Positions 52,418 to 63,545 of a stretch of 64,000 nt of DNA are shown one piece after another; position 1 is the stretch's first letter; every line of letters starts with the position of its first letter. Both the position numbers and the translations under genes were made by a program. The notes beneath the pieces were generated by a model. It had not been told where the DNA came from, did no database searches, and worked only from the letters and a program-made list of their open reading frames with translations. The DNA is taken from positions 310,001 to 374,000 of the forward strand of contig MU058213.1 of assembly GCA_013265495.1 (NCBI GenBank), given 5' to 3'. This DNA is from Vicugna vicugna (Eukaryota).

Positions 52418-53710
52418 ATTACATAGTATGTTTGAAAGAGGAAAGTGGTAAGGAATAATGAAAAAAGCAGAGGAAGGTAATAGGGTTGGGAGTACAGAGG
52501 TGGCAAAAGTGGGTGCAATTTTAAATAATCCATCAGGGGAGAAGGTGACATTGGAGCTAAGGTTTGAAGGAGATGAAGAAATGAGCAGAAATGATTCCAG
52601 ACAGAGGAGAAAGTCAATGTAAAGGCAGCAACGTGAGGGCATGTGTGACCGCACCAGAACAGCAGAAGCCAGAGTAACTGGAACCCACGGGCCTGGGGGT
52701 GAGTGGAAGGAAATGAGGACAGAGAGGCTACAGAGTCATGTCATGCAGGGCCTTTCTTGGAGATCTGTTTGGACTAGAGGCAGCAGAGAAGGGGGAACGG
52801 CTTTCCTGTGTGGTTCAACTCAGCCTCCGCTTTGGGAGAAGGGGAGCGCTCTCACGCAGCCTCCTCCTGTCCACTGTTCCATGACTGATGAGAGGAAGTT
52901 TAGTAATCACTCTTAGTTTCTCAGAAGGCATGAGAGCTGTCTAATTGTATCTATGCAGTGTCTAGCCAGAAATGCTGCCCTAATTCTCCAATGTCTAAAA
53001 TGTTGACATCCTAGAGAAGAAAACTGAAATTGTACCACTCACCCTGCAGGGGTATTGGCAGCTAAGTCACTTGGGGTCACCATGGCAGCAGCACGCCTAC
53101 AGGGATGGCCGGAGGATGGGCTTTGCGGCACCAGGTCAAAGCTATTGATTTTCGATTCCACTGAGGAAGATGTTTAATTGTATTCTGGGGATTCCTTTGG
53201 GAGAGAAAAGAAAGAAAAACAATCTCTCTTATTACTGTCTCTACTTGTGAGCAGTACATTTCAAATAAATCTTTTCTTTTAAAGCTTTTTATTATGAAAA
53301 ATTTCAAGCACAAAATTAGAGAGGATAGTATATTGAATTGTGTACATGTATTCATTAGCCAGTGTCAGTAATGATCAACACACAGCCAATCTTGTTTTTC
53401 CTATTTGTCTAGCTGTACATTTTTTTCCTGGGGTTTTAAAGCATATTCCAGGCATCAAGCTGTGTTTTGCACTTAACTATATGTCAGACACTATTCTAGA
53501 TGCTTGAAATTCAGCAATGAAAAAAAAGTATATAGACAAAAATCCCTGTCCACAAAAATCTCACAGCTGAGGGAGAAAGACAATAAATAAAATCAACAAG
53601 TGAATTTCATGGGATGTTGGGTGGTAAATGTGATGGGGAAATATAAGGCAGAGGTGGGGAGGGAGAATTCAGGGGCAGGGGTTACAACTTTAAATAAGGA
53701 AGTCAGGGTA

Positions 53711-54106
53711 TGTATGGTAAGCATTGGGATGCACTGCTCAGATCCCACTTTAGGACTGAAAATCTTATTTCTCCAGCTCCTGAAAAGAACGACCTTGTCC
53801 AGGGTCACAACTCCTTCCTGGGGAGGCCTACACTCAATGACTGATCTATGTAGGAGTCTAAGGGCCTACATCTCTTGCCCCCAACTCAGGACAGCTCTAA
53901 AGAATCATCTCATCTTTAGACTTCCTTGTGCGATTGACTAAAGCATCCATTGAGCTTGCATTGGTTCCATTTCTCCTTATGGCAAATCCTACATCCTTCC
54001 CATTTTTTCTCTTCCATAGGTGTTGATTCAAGAGTGTACCCTAAAAACTTCTTGCATGCTAATCTACATTTCAGAATCTGTTTCCCAGGAAACCTGACCT
54101 GAGACA
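53711..54106 (+). mobile_element. ERVL LTR16-like LTR within an L2
   Basis: 3' end tcagaatctgtttcccaggaaacctgacctgagaca is typical of LTR16/MLT2-type elements. Confidence 0.7.
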
Positions 54107-54654
54107 GTAGGCCTTCCTAAGACCATGATTTCTTAGCAAAGATACAGTCTGTGTAAGGGATTAAGTGCTGGGACTATCTGGAGGAAGAACATTCTGAGAA
54201 GAGAGAACAGCAAGTGCAAAGGCCCTGAGGCAGAAGAAGGCATGATGGGTTTGAGGACTGGGAAGGAATCTAATGAGGCTAGATTAGAAACAGTAAGGGG
54301 GAAGCAATTAAAGACTAAATCAGAGACGCAGTGGGGAGTCAAATAGTGTAGAGATAGACCATTTAAAGACTTGGCTTTTTCTCAGAGTGAAGTAGAGAGC
54401 TTGAGAATTTCCCAAAAGATCCCTGTTCCCCCCATCCTCCCCAAATCTGCCTCAAAAGACTCAACTCTCTAGGCATCATGGTACAAACAAGTTAAGCGAA
54501 CAACGTAAAAGTCTGCCATCCAGCCTCCTTCTCCTCCTTCCCAAGCTCAGATTCAGTGCTGGCACTTTGCACTCTGTAGGTGGCCTATCACATCTTGTCA
54601 TCTTGTCGGCCCATTTTCTTTCTTTCTTTCTTTTGTTTTTGTTTTTGCTTTTGT

Positions 54655-55680
54655 TTTTCAGTTCTCCACAGTGTCTTCATCTTGTATAACTGAAACTTTG
54701 TATCCCTTGGCCAATATCTCCCCATTTCACCCTTCTCCCAGCTCCTGGCAACCACCATTCTACTCTGTTTCCTGTGAGTTTGACTAGTTTAGATTCCACA
54801 TATAAGGGACATTATGCAACATTTGTCTTCCTGAATCTGGCTTATTTCACTTTGCATAATGTCTTCCAGTTTCATCCAGGTTGTTGCAAATGGAATGATT
54901 TCTTTCTTTCTTAAGGCTAAATAATATTTTATCACATAGATCTCACATTTTCTTTATTCATTCGACTGTCCACAAACACTTAGGTCTTTTCCGTATCTTG
55001 GCTATTGTGAATAATTCTTGGATGAACATGGGGATGCCAGTATCATTTTGAGATCCAAATTTCATTTCCTTTGGATACATTTCCAAAAGTGTGATTGCTG
55101 GATCACATAGTAGTTCTATTCTTAATTTTTTAAGGACCTGCCATACTATTTTCCACACTGGCTTCACCAATTTACATTCCCATCAACAGTACACGGGGTT
55201 CCCCTTTCTCCACATCCTCACCAACACTTGTTATTTCTTATCTCTGTGATGACAGCCATTTTGACAGTTGAGAGGTAGTATCTCACTGTGGTTTTGATTT
55301 GCATTTTCCTGATGATCTGCGAAGCTGAGCATCTGTTCCTGTATTTGCTGGTCACTTGTACGTCTTTGGAGAAATGTCTGTTCAGGTCCTTTGATCATTT
55401 TTAAATTGGATTATTTGGTTTTTGCTATTGAGTTGTAGGAGTTTCTTATATATTTTAGATATTAGTCTCTTATCAGATGCATGGTCTGCAAATATTTTCT
55501 CCCATTCTGTAGGCTGCCTTTTCACTCTGTTGACTGTTTCCTTTGCTGGGCAAAATCTTTCTGGTTTGATGCGGTCTCATTGCTATTTTTGCTATTGTTG
55601 CCTGTGCTTTTGGTGTCATGTTCTTCTAAGAAAGACCAATGTCAGGAAGCTTTTCTCCTGTGCTTTCTTCTATTTTCAAT
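54655..55680 (-). mobile_element. L1 (L1MA-like) ORF2 C-terminus and 3' UTR, antisense
   Basis: Minus ORF ...VWKIVWQVLKKLRIELLCDPAITLL..YPKE matches the L1 ORF2 C-terminus. Confidence 0.9.
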
Positions 55681-57431
55681 TTAATTTAACTTAGTTTTTT
55701 AAATTCTTATTTTTTATTGAAGTGTAGTCAATTTATGGCATTAGTTTCAGGTGTAGGGTCTATTTTCTTTATTCATACCCTCCTTTCATTTCCATGCTCT
55801 CACTTTCCTTGTTTTAGTCTTTTTATTTGCTCATTTCCATCATCCTTGCTTACTTCAACTTTCCTCTGATGGTGTATTTCCAGATTCCACATTTCTTTTT
55901 TGAGCTATACCAGCAGTCATCTCTAGTGCTGGCATCCTGTGTCAGTATTTTTCACAGCAACAGATCCATGCAGCTGCAAGGGCCTTTGACAGCTCTGGTT
56001 CTCTATTTGTAGGCCTTTCATGAATATCTCTTCTGCAAGACTACTCTTTTGTAAAGAAAATGCTGAGTGGATAATCATACTGACAGAGTGACTAACAGCT
56101 CTTGAAGGAAATAGCAGCTCCTGGCACCAAAAGACTGTCATGATCCTCCAATATGGGACAACCATCATAGTCACAGCATCGGACAACCTAAGGTAAACAG
56201 GCAACCCTCCATCACTTCATTTATTTTCTTAAGCAAATGTATTTCCAGACACTGCAAGAAGGGCTGAGAAATGAAAGATGATTAAGACGAGATTCCTTGC
56301 CTTGAAGAGTTCACAGTTTAGTGGGATAGACAGCTAGATATGTAAGCAGATAATTACAGTGAGAGATAACGACTTTATAAATATATGTATAAAATATTTT
56401 CTTAGAAAAACATACACCAAAAGGAAATACACCAAAAGTTAGCAGTGGTTATTGCTATCAGATAATTTTTTTCCCTTTTTGCATACTGTATTTTCAGAAT
56501 TTTTCCTTCAATGTATTTTTACTATTTTTGAAATAAAGAGAAAAGAAACATGTACATAAAGCAGCACAATGGGATACACACTATACTGGAAGTGTGCACA
56601 GTATTCTAAGGAAGCAGCTAGCTTGTCTGGGGAAGTCAAAGATAATCTTGCAACATTTACCTTTCCAGTCTTACATGTGTCTCTCACATGCTAACCAAAT
56701 GGAATGCATGGCCTTGTTTGGATCCTAGTCTAAGCAAACCATCTGTAAAAATATAAGGCAAGTGGGAAAATTTGATCTCTAACTGGATATTTGATGATAC
56801 CAAAGTAGTAGTAGTATTATGGGGTATGATAAAGGTATTGCAAGAATGCTGAGAAATAAGAATCCTTATCTTTTAGGTAAATATACTGACATACTTACGA
56901 ATGAAATGATATAAAGTTTGGGATTTTTGTAGGTAAATAATTCATTGGTTGAAAATATAAAATAAAAACAGTGGTCATGAGTTAATGATCATTGAAGTTG
57001 GGTAATGAATTCATGGAGTTTATTTCAGTATTTTCATTCCTTTTGTGTTTGTTTAAAATTTTCTATAATTAAACATGCAATAATAACTAACATAAAATTT
57101 TTATCCAATAAATATAAACATCCTTCAAATAGCTCTATCTTCAAAACTCAGCTCAAAAGACATCTTCTACACCAGTGAATGAGCACACAACAATCAATCC
57201 ATGTATGTGTTAACACATACACAAGCAGCGTAGATAAACTCACTGTGCATTGTATGCTGTCTATTTTGTGATCACCTGCTATATGTCAAGGACACTTGCC
57301 TTACAACTTGAACATGTTTTATTATTCGATATCTATAGTGTGCTTACATATAATAATCAACTATTTTAATATTTTATTTTAAAAAAGAGATCTCTTTGAA
57401 GCCTTTCATGCCCATTCATTCCATTATTTGA

Positions 57432-57510
57432 GGGGAGGGATATAGCTTAGTGGTATAGTGCATGTTTAACATGCATGAGGTCCTTGGTTCAATCCCCAGT
57501 ACCTCCATTA

Positions 57511-57546
<36 letters not shown>

Positions 57547-57703
57547 TAACTGTCTCCCCCTAGAAAAATACAAAAAAAATTTTTTTTTAAAGGGGGTAGG
57601 GTATAGCTCAGTGGTAGAGCGTGTGCTTAGTTAGCATGCTTGAGGTCCTGGGTTCAATCTTCAGTACTTCCACTTAAAAAAGAAAAGGAAAGAGTAAAAA
57701 AAA
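57432..57703 (+). mobile_element. Two tandem vic-1-like SINEs (57432-~57577, 57592-~57703); the first carries (ATCA)n
   Basis: Two consecutive GGGGAGGG(A/T)ATAGCT(T/C)AGTGGTA-type heads. Confidence 0.88.
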
Positions 57704-58061
57704 TCAGAACAGACTACATTCCTTTATTTACACCCCACCTGAACTCTGCACATACAACAGGGACGTCATAACACACTCTTGTGGTTATTTGTTCACTTAT
57801 ATTTAAATGAGATCAATGTGTAGCACGTGAAACCTAAATAGTGACGGTGTTGTAGTCAGCCCTTTCTCTCTGTTAGGCTTTAAGACCACCAGTGACCGTA
57901 TCTTACTTGTCTTGGTACACTCAGCAATTACCTCAATACCTGGTACATTATGAGTGCTCAATAAACATCTCCTGAATGAATGAATGAACAAATGAAACTT
58001 AGGATTATCCCACTCACAGACCTAAGTCCACTAGAAACATCAATAAGAATGAGGAATGTAA

Positions 58062-58292
58062 GAAGGGATAAGCTGGGAGCTCAAGATTTGCAAATACTAA
58101 CTACTATATATAAAATAGATAAACAATAAGTTTATACTGTGTAGCTCAGAGAATTATATTTAATATCTTGTAGTAACCTATAATGAAAAAGAATATGAAA
58201 ACAAATATATGTATGGATATGTATGACTGAAACATTATGCTGTATACCAGAAATTGACACATTGTAAACTGACTACTTCAATAAAAAATAAT
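58062..58292 (+). mobile_element. Short L1 3' end
   Basis: Alignable to 43310-43570. Confidence 0.85.
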
Positions 58293-58924
58293 GCAAATTT
58301 TTAAAAATCTGAGGGATGTAAATTAATTTATGTCTCACAGTTTACTCAGTGCTCCACAGCTCATTTGATCAGAGACATAACATGCTCCTAGATTTAGTGT
58401 CCATACACAGTCACTTTGAGTGCAAATGGCACAGAAAGGTCAAATACCTTTTTATTTTTGGCAAATAATGCAATGTGCTCAATAGCCATTTCTTACTTTA
58501 ATTCCATCCTGACTGCACCCTCCCCCCTCAACTGTAAACATACACTGAGGAGAGAGGTAAGTCAGGGACAGGACAAAGAATAGAGCAAGGCTGAGGCATT
58601 AGGTCAGTGACAGAATGAATCTCAGTTAAGGTCTATTTTACCTAATATTTGGTAATGTTTCTTAAAAGCTGAAAACATTCCATGACTTATTTTTTAGGCT
58701 GTGTCAAAATTTTCCTGACATCAAAATGATTGGATAAAGACATGTAGTCAATTGAACTCCACAGTAACACTGTAAGATAAACAAAGTTTGCCACCTTTAT
58801 TTTAAAGAGGAAAATAAGGAAATTTACCCTTCACTAGGCTGAGATTTTAAACTGTGGGACTTAATTTTTAAAAATGTAACCTACTGAGATAATAATGCTA
58901 TGTTATTACTGCCAAGAAACAACT

Positions 58925-59049
58925 ATTTGTTTATTTATTTATTTGAATGGAGGAAGTAATTAGGTTTATTTACTTATTTATTTATTTAATGGAGGTACTG
59001 GGGATTGAACCCAGGATCTCCTGCTCTACCACCAAGCTATACTCTCCCC
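58925..59049 (-). mobile_element. vic-1-like SINE with internal deletion
   Basis: ggaggtactggggattgaacccaggatctc then ctctaccacc; the middle segment is missing. Confidence 0.8.
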
Positions 59050-60099
59050 TCTGTTTGTTTTGAAGTAGGTGTTAGATCACAAGTACTCTTTAGATTCTTA
59101 AAGGAAGTATTTGAGTGATTTCCAAACTCAATGACCTCCAGAATGAGGGAGATGTTTGTTAGCTTGTTTGTTTATTTTTAGATTCTTGAAAGACTAACTT
59201 GCTTCTTAAAAAGCAGGGGTGCAGAAATCAAAGGCCTGATTGTGCTGAATTCTTCTCTTTGGTCATTTTTCAGGCTAGTTCCCAGCATGCCACAGTCCAA
59301 AGGAAAGGGTCCAAACTCTATTTAAAAATCAGAGACCAAACAGCTTACTCAGCACCCTGCTCACATTAGTGTTGCTTGTATTCATCATTTTAAAGTCTTT
59401 TGATAGCTTCTTTTATGCAATAATCTTAGGCTTCTGGGAATATTCTCAAAATATAGGAAGTACCTCCCTGACCTAGTTACAATGAAAAATCCTTTTCATG
59501 ACTACTTCTTTTCTTCAAGGAATCCTGGAATAACGAAGCCCTTAGGCATAATTGAAGCCTAGGGAAGAATTTCACAGAAGTGCAGCATTTTTTTTTTCTT
59601 TTTCTGTTTCGTTCTTTTGCTTTTGTTTTCGGTTTGTTTGTTTTTTGGTGGCAGTAGTGAAGAGGTAAAGGGGGAGAGGGGTTTTCTGTGGTGCAGAGGG
59701 GACTCTTTTAATTGAAACCAGCTCTGCTGCTCACCTGGACACAGACTAGGAGAGTGAGAGTGTGTTGCAGCAATCTATTTGAAAGAATGTTCCTTAATTT
59801 CCCAATTCAAAAGACTCCATAGAACTAAGACACAAATAAGAGCACCAAGGGACCCCTGGTGTGTTCACCCAAATCACAAAAGGCACGGCTCTTCTAAGAA
59901 TATAAGAATTATATCTACCTTTTAGGTACAGAAGGTGGAATGGAAAGAAGGGCTTTTTTGGAAGAAGATATCTCAGAATAATCTTAAAGCAGAACCCCTT
60001 GTACAAGGTTATCTACCTTTCCTTTACAAGTGCACGGGCAAAGAAGGCATTTGGTGCTTGAGGTAACGTTTACTTGGGAGGTTACGACAATGATGTCCA

Positions 60100-60600
60100 T
60101 GCTTCCGGCAATCCAGGTGACCCTGGGCGCAGGAGCACCTCTAGGACTGCGGCACACAGAATACGCTAGCCGGTCTGTCGCCCCTCCCCCTTTCCATTAC
60201 CGGGAGGGATTGGAGTAGCTTTGGAGTTGCTGACGCCATCCCCTCCCGCCTCTGGCTCCCAGGGAGCATGCGCTTCCATCCTCACTTCCTCCAAGGAGGG
60301 AGCGAGAATAAGGCGACGCCCTAGCGGACCCGCTGCCCTCTCCGCGTCACAGGAACTTCAGCACCCACGGGGCGGACAGCGCTCTCCTCCACCTGAAGAC
60401 CTGACGCGGGAGCCCTTGAGCTTTCCTAATCCCTTCACTCGGGAGCCCGGCAGAGCTCCACCAGCCGCGGGTCCCCGCCACCCGCCCTCCCCGCGCCCGC
60501 CCTCCTAGCTCTTCCTGTTTTTACTCCTTTTCATTCATAACAAAAGCTACAGCCCCGGGAACCCGGCGCCAGGCAGTTTCTGAAGCCAAGCGTGGAAGAA
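60100..60600 (+). promoter_or_regulatory. SCG3 promoter / 5' UTR CpG-rich region with CRE half-sites and RE1-like element
   Basis: CpG-rich. TGACGCCA at 60231-60238, CGTCA at 60345-60349, TGACG at 60402-60406, RE1 halves at 60357-60383. Confidence 0.8.
60357..60383 (+). promoter_or_regulatory. Non-canonical (8-bp spacer) RE1/NRSE REST-binding motif
   Basis: TTCAGCACC-cacggggc-GGACAGCGCT. The left half is a perfect match and the right half 9/10 to the RE1 consensus TTCAGCACC-nn-GGACAGCGCC. Confidence 0.75.
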
Positions 60601-60690
60601 TGGGGTTCCTTTGGACCGGCACTTGGATTCTGGTGTTGGTTCTCCTCAGCAGCTCAATTCAGGCTTTCCCCAAACCGGCAGGCAGCCAAG
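60600..60690 (+). CDS. SCG3: Secretogranin III coding exon 1 (signal peptide), MGFLWTGTWILVLVLLSSSIQAFPKPAGSQ
   Basis: ATG at 60600, hydrophobic signal peptide matching recalled SCG3, donor AAG|GTACGT at 60691; 91 nt, phase 1. Confidence 0.96.
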
Positions 60691-61356
60691 GTACGTGGAC
60701 AGTTTTTTCCCCAATCTCCTTTTTATTTCTCCAGGAAAAAGGAAAGCTTCGTATAAACCGTGAGCTGTAAATCATTTTCTGATCATGTCGTATCCGTGCA
60801 TATTGACAGAGAAATCAGTTCGAATTTAAAGACTTAAGACAGATTACCCCCATTCACTTTCTAAACGATAGAGCAATAACATGGGTTGTTCTGAAAGATC
60901 TTATTTTGATATCGGAAAGGGGTGGCTTTTCCGCCTAGTCAGGTGGCTTTTTTTTTTTCCTAGTCGTCTCACAGCCTTTCTTAGATCCTCTATTCATAGC
61001 ATGTGCAATGTACGATGAAAAAGCTTTTAATGTGCCAATAATACCAATCCAAATTATGCTCTTCCTAGTTGAAAACAGCTGGTAAACCAAGTGTTAGAAC
61101 TATTTTTTAGATTTCTGGTCAAAAAAAAAAAAAAAAAGCATTATTCGATTAACTCAGGAAACACCAGGATAACAAAGCAACACTAATAATCATTGTTTTT
61201 GTATAATCTTGTTAATCTTTGTTAATATATATATTTTTCACAGACTTCCAAAAATGTTTCTCTTGGTAACTTTCTTTTTTGGAGATGTTGTTTAATGAGA
61301 CATACTGTGTCTTTCCAATACACAATTAAATTTGTATTTGTGTGTGTTTATTCTAG

Positions 61357-61409
61357 ACAAGCCCCTACATAATAGAGAATTAAGTGCAGAAAGACCTTTG
61401 AATGAGCAG
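61357..61409 (+). CDS. SCG3: SCG3 coding exon 2, (D)KPLHNRELSAERPLNEQ
   Basis: Acceptor ttctag, donor CAG|GTAGGT; 53 nt, keeps frame with exon 1; peptide matches SCG3. Confidence 0.96.
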
Positions 61410-61749
61410 GTAGGTCAAAAGTAAAATTATAAATGCTATTTCATTTTAGTTTAATTATTATTTAATGTAATTATACTGTGACTTTTTAGCCATTTTGAAT
61501 CCATAAACTTCAGGAGCTTAGTAATCAACTGACCAAAAGATGGGAAATACAGTTTGGGCAATTTCTATATCCTGACAGTTATATAGAGAGAGTTCTGTAT
61601 AATACTAAGAGCTAACTGCATAAGAAACAACCCAGTAAGCTCAACATCACATCCACTCTATAGTAAAATTTCTTAATTTATCAGAGATTTCTCTTTCACC
61701 GGTATTATTAGAAAAGGAAATTAGTATTTATGGACCATCTGCCCTTTAT

Positions 61750-61894
61750 TTTATCTCATTTAATCCTTGTGACAATGCTTTGAGATAGAAGTTATTATCT
61801 ACATTCTACAAACAAGAAAACTGAATCCCATGAAGATTATTTAGCTGTCATATTTGTTAAGTGGCAGAACAATGATTTAAATCCAGGTCTATCT
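61750..61894 (-). mobile_element. MIR in SCG3 intron 2, abutting the exon 3 acceptor
   Basis: tatctcatttaatcct...gaaaactga...taagtggcagaac..gatttaaatccaggtct matches the MIR core. Confidence 0.7.
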
Positions 61895-61910
61895 CCTGTT
61901 TGTTTCACAG

Positions 61911-61956
61911 ATTGCTGAAGCAGAAGCAGACAAGATTAAAAAAATATACCCTCCAG
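61911..61956 (+). CDS. SCG3: SCG3 coding exon 3, IAEAEADKIKKIYPP
   Basis: Acceptor tttcacag, donor CAG|GTAATA; 46 nt, in frame. Confidence 0.95.
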
Positions 61957-62051
61957 GTAATAAGAAATTATACTGATGTTAATTTAAACAATGTAGACTG
62001 TGAGATTCTTAACTAAAATGGGTGTGTTGGGCTTGGGGGCCTTTCTTCCAG

Positions 62052-62267
62052 AAAACAAGCCAGGTGAAAGCAATTATTCCTTTGTTGATAACTTGAACCT
62101 GCTAAGAGCAATAACAGAAAAGGAAAAAAATGAGAAAGAAAGGCAATCTGTAAAAAGCTCCCCAAATGATAATAAAGTGAACATGGAAGATGTTGACTCA
62201 ACCAAGAATCGAAGACTGATTGATGATTATGATTCTACTAAGAGTGGACTGGATCATAAGTTTCAAG
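62052..62267 (+). CDS. SCG3: SCG3 coding exon 4, (E)[25 protein letters not shown]...[15 protein letters not shown]; later exons lie outside the window
   Basis: Acceptor ctttcttccag, donor AAG|GTAAAT; 216 nt, phase 1-1; corresponds to the core of ORF 62000..62275. Confidence 0.96.
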
Positions 62268-62599
62268 GTAAATGAGGGGAAAAAAACTTTTGCTAGCTAT
62301 TTTCTCTAATTTGGAGTTTCAGAGAAAGTCCATATTTTAAAAATATCTCTTATACACTCACAATCCTTTATTAGTCAGGTCCAAAATTGAAATAAAGCTA
62401 AAACTTACTGATAATGTGGAAAGCTTCAGCTTCGCAGAAGCTCAGATTTTGTTTTCTCTTGAAACGGTTCTTAACTGATGCTTTGAAAAAAATTTAAATC
62501 TACTGTCTATGTTTTATATTACTGAATTCATTTGAACATTCCAATGTATTTTAATTATTAGCACAAACTATCATAATTATCAAATAATTAAATCAACAA

Positions 62600-63545
62600 A
62601 ATACACCACTCCCAAGGTGAAACATTCATTACTTCCTTTTCAGTGTTCTCTTTCTAGCTACATCTTTTCTCCCTAGATCATTCTAACCTCTCCATGGCTT
62701 CAGTTACCATCTATATCCTGATGTCCCATATCACTAGCTCAGACTTCTCTGAACTTTAGATCTGTTTCTGTTTATCTGCCTACTTAACCTCTTCCCTTGG
62801 AAGTCTCAGAAGCACCTCAAATTTAACATGAATAAAATTAAACTACTAATTTCTGTATACCTTACAACTTAGCCCTCTTCAAGTGCTCCTTCTCTAGGAA
62901 AGGCACTACTACACATCCAGTTTTTCAAGGCAGAAATCTAGGACTCAAACTATTTCTTTTTTTTCCTTACCTCTCAAATTCTAATCCACCAGTCTTATCA
63001 ATTTTACCTTCTATGAATCTCTCAATTTTTTTCTCTATTCTCAATCACCAACATACTTTTTCAATTGTGTCTCACTTGAACTGCTGCAAAACCTTCTAAT
63101 GACTCATCCAGCATTCACTCTGACCCTGTCCAACTTATTCTTCAGGTAGCAGCCATAGTGATCTTTTCAACACACGAGTACAAGCATGTAACTCTTTTGC
63201 ATAAAAACGGTGAATAGACTGCCATTTCTCTTGAGATAAAACCCCACATCCTTCACAGCCTCTGCAGTCCTGCATAGACTGGTTCCTGTCTACTTTTCTA
63301 GGTTCATCCAGGACACAAAATCTGACAGAAACCTTGTTTCTTTCCTTCTTTGTTTCCTTTCACTTAATGCAGTTTGTAATTTTACATTCCTGAGTGTGAC
63401 TGCTTATGCTTTATCTTTTTCTCCTAAACTGAAAACTCTGAGAACACAGACATTGTAGCCCCAGTGTCTGGATGCTCATGAGTTTACTGCATCAATTGAT
63501 AAAAGAATAAATGAACAAATAAAAGACTGCATAAAGGAATAAATA
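62600..63545 (+). mobile_element. L2 fragment in SCG3 intron 4
   Basis: cacctcaaatttaacatg; gcagccatagtgatcttttcaa; terminal gaataaatgaa repeats. Confidence 0.75.

Noticed and set aside
56013..56192. 180-nt plus-strand AG...GT exon-like segment upstream of SCG3
   Set aside because: All three frames contain stops, the donor is only moderate, and there is no recognisable homology.
62000..62051. N-terminal part of ORF 62000..62275 as an alternative SCG3 start
   Set aside because: It is intron 3 sequence upstream of a canonical acceptor, with no promoter evidence.
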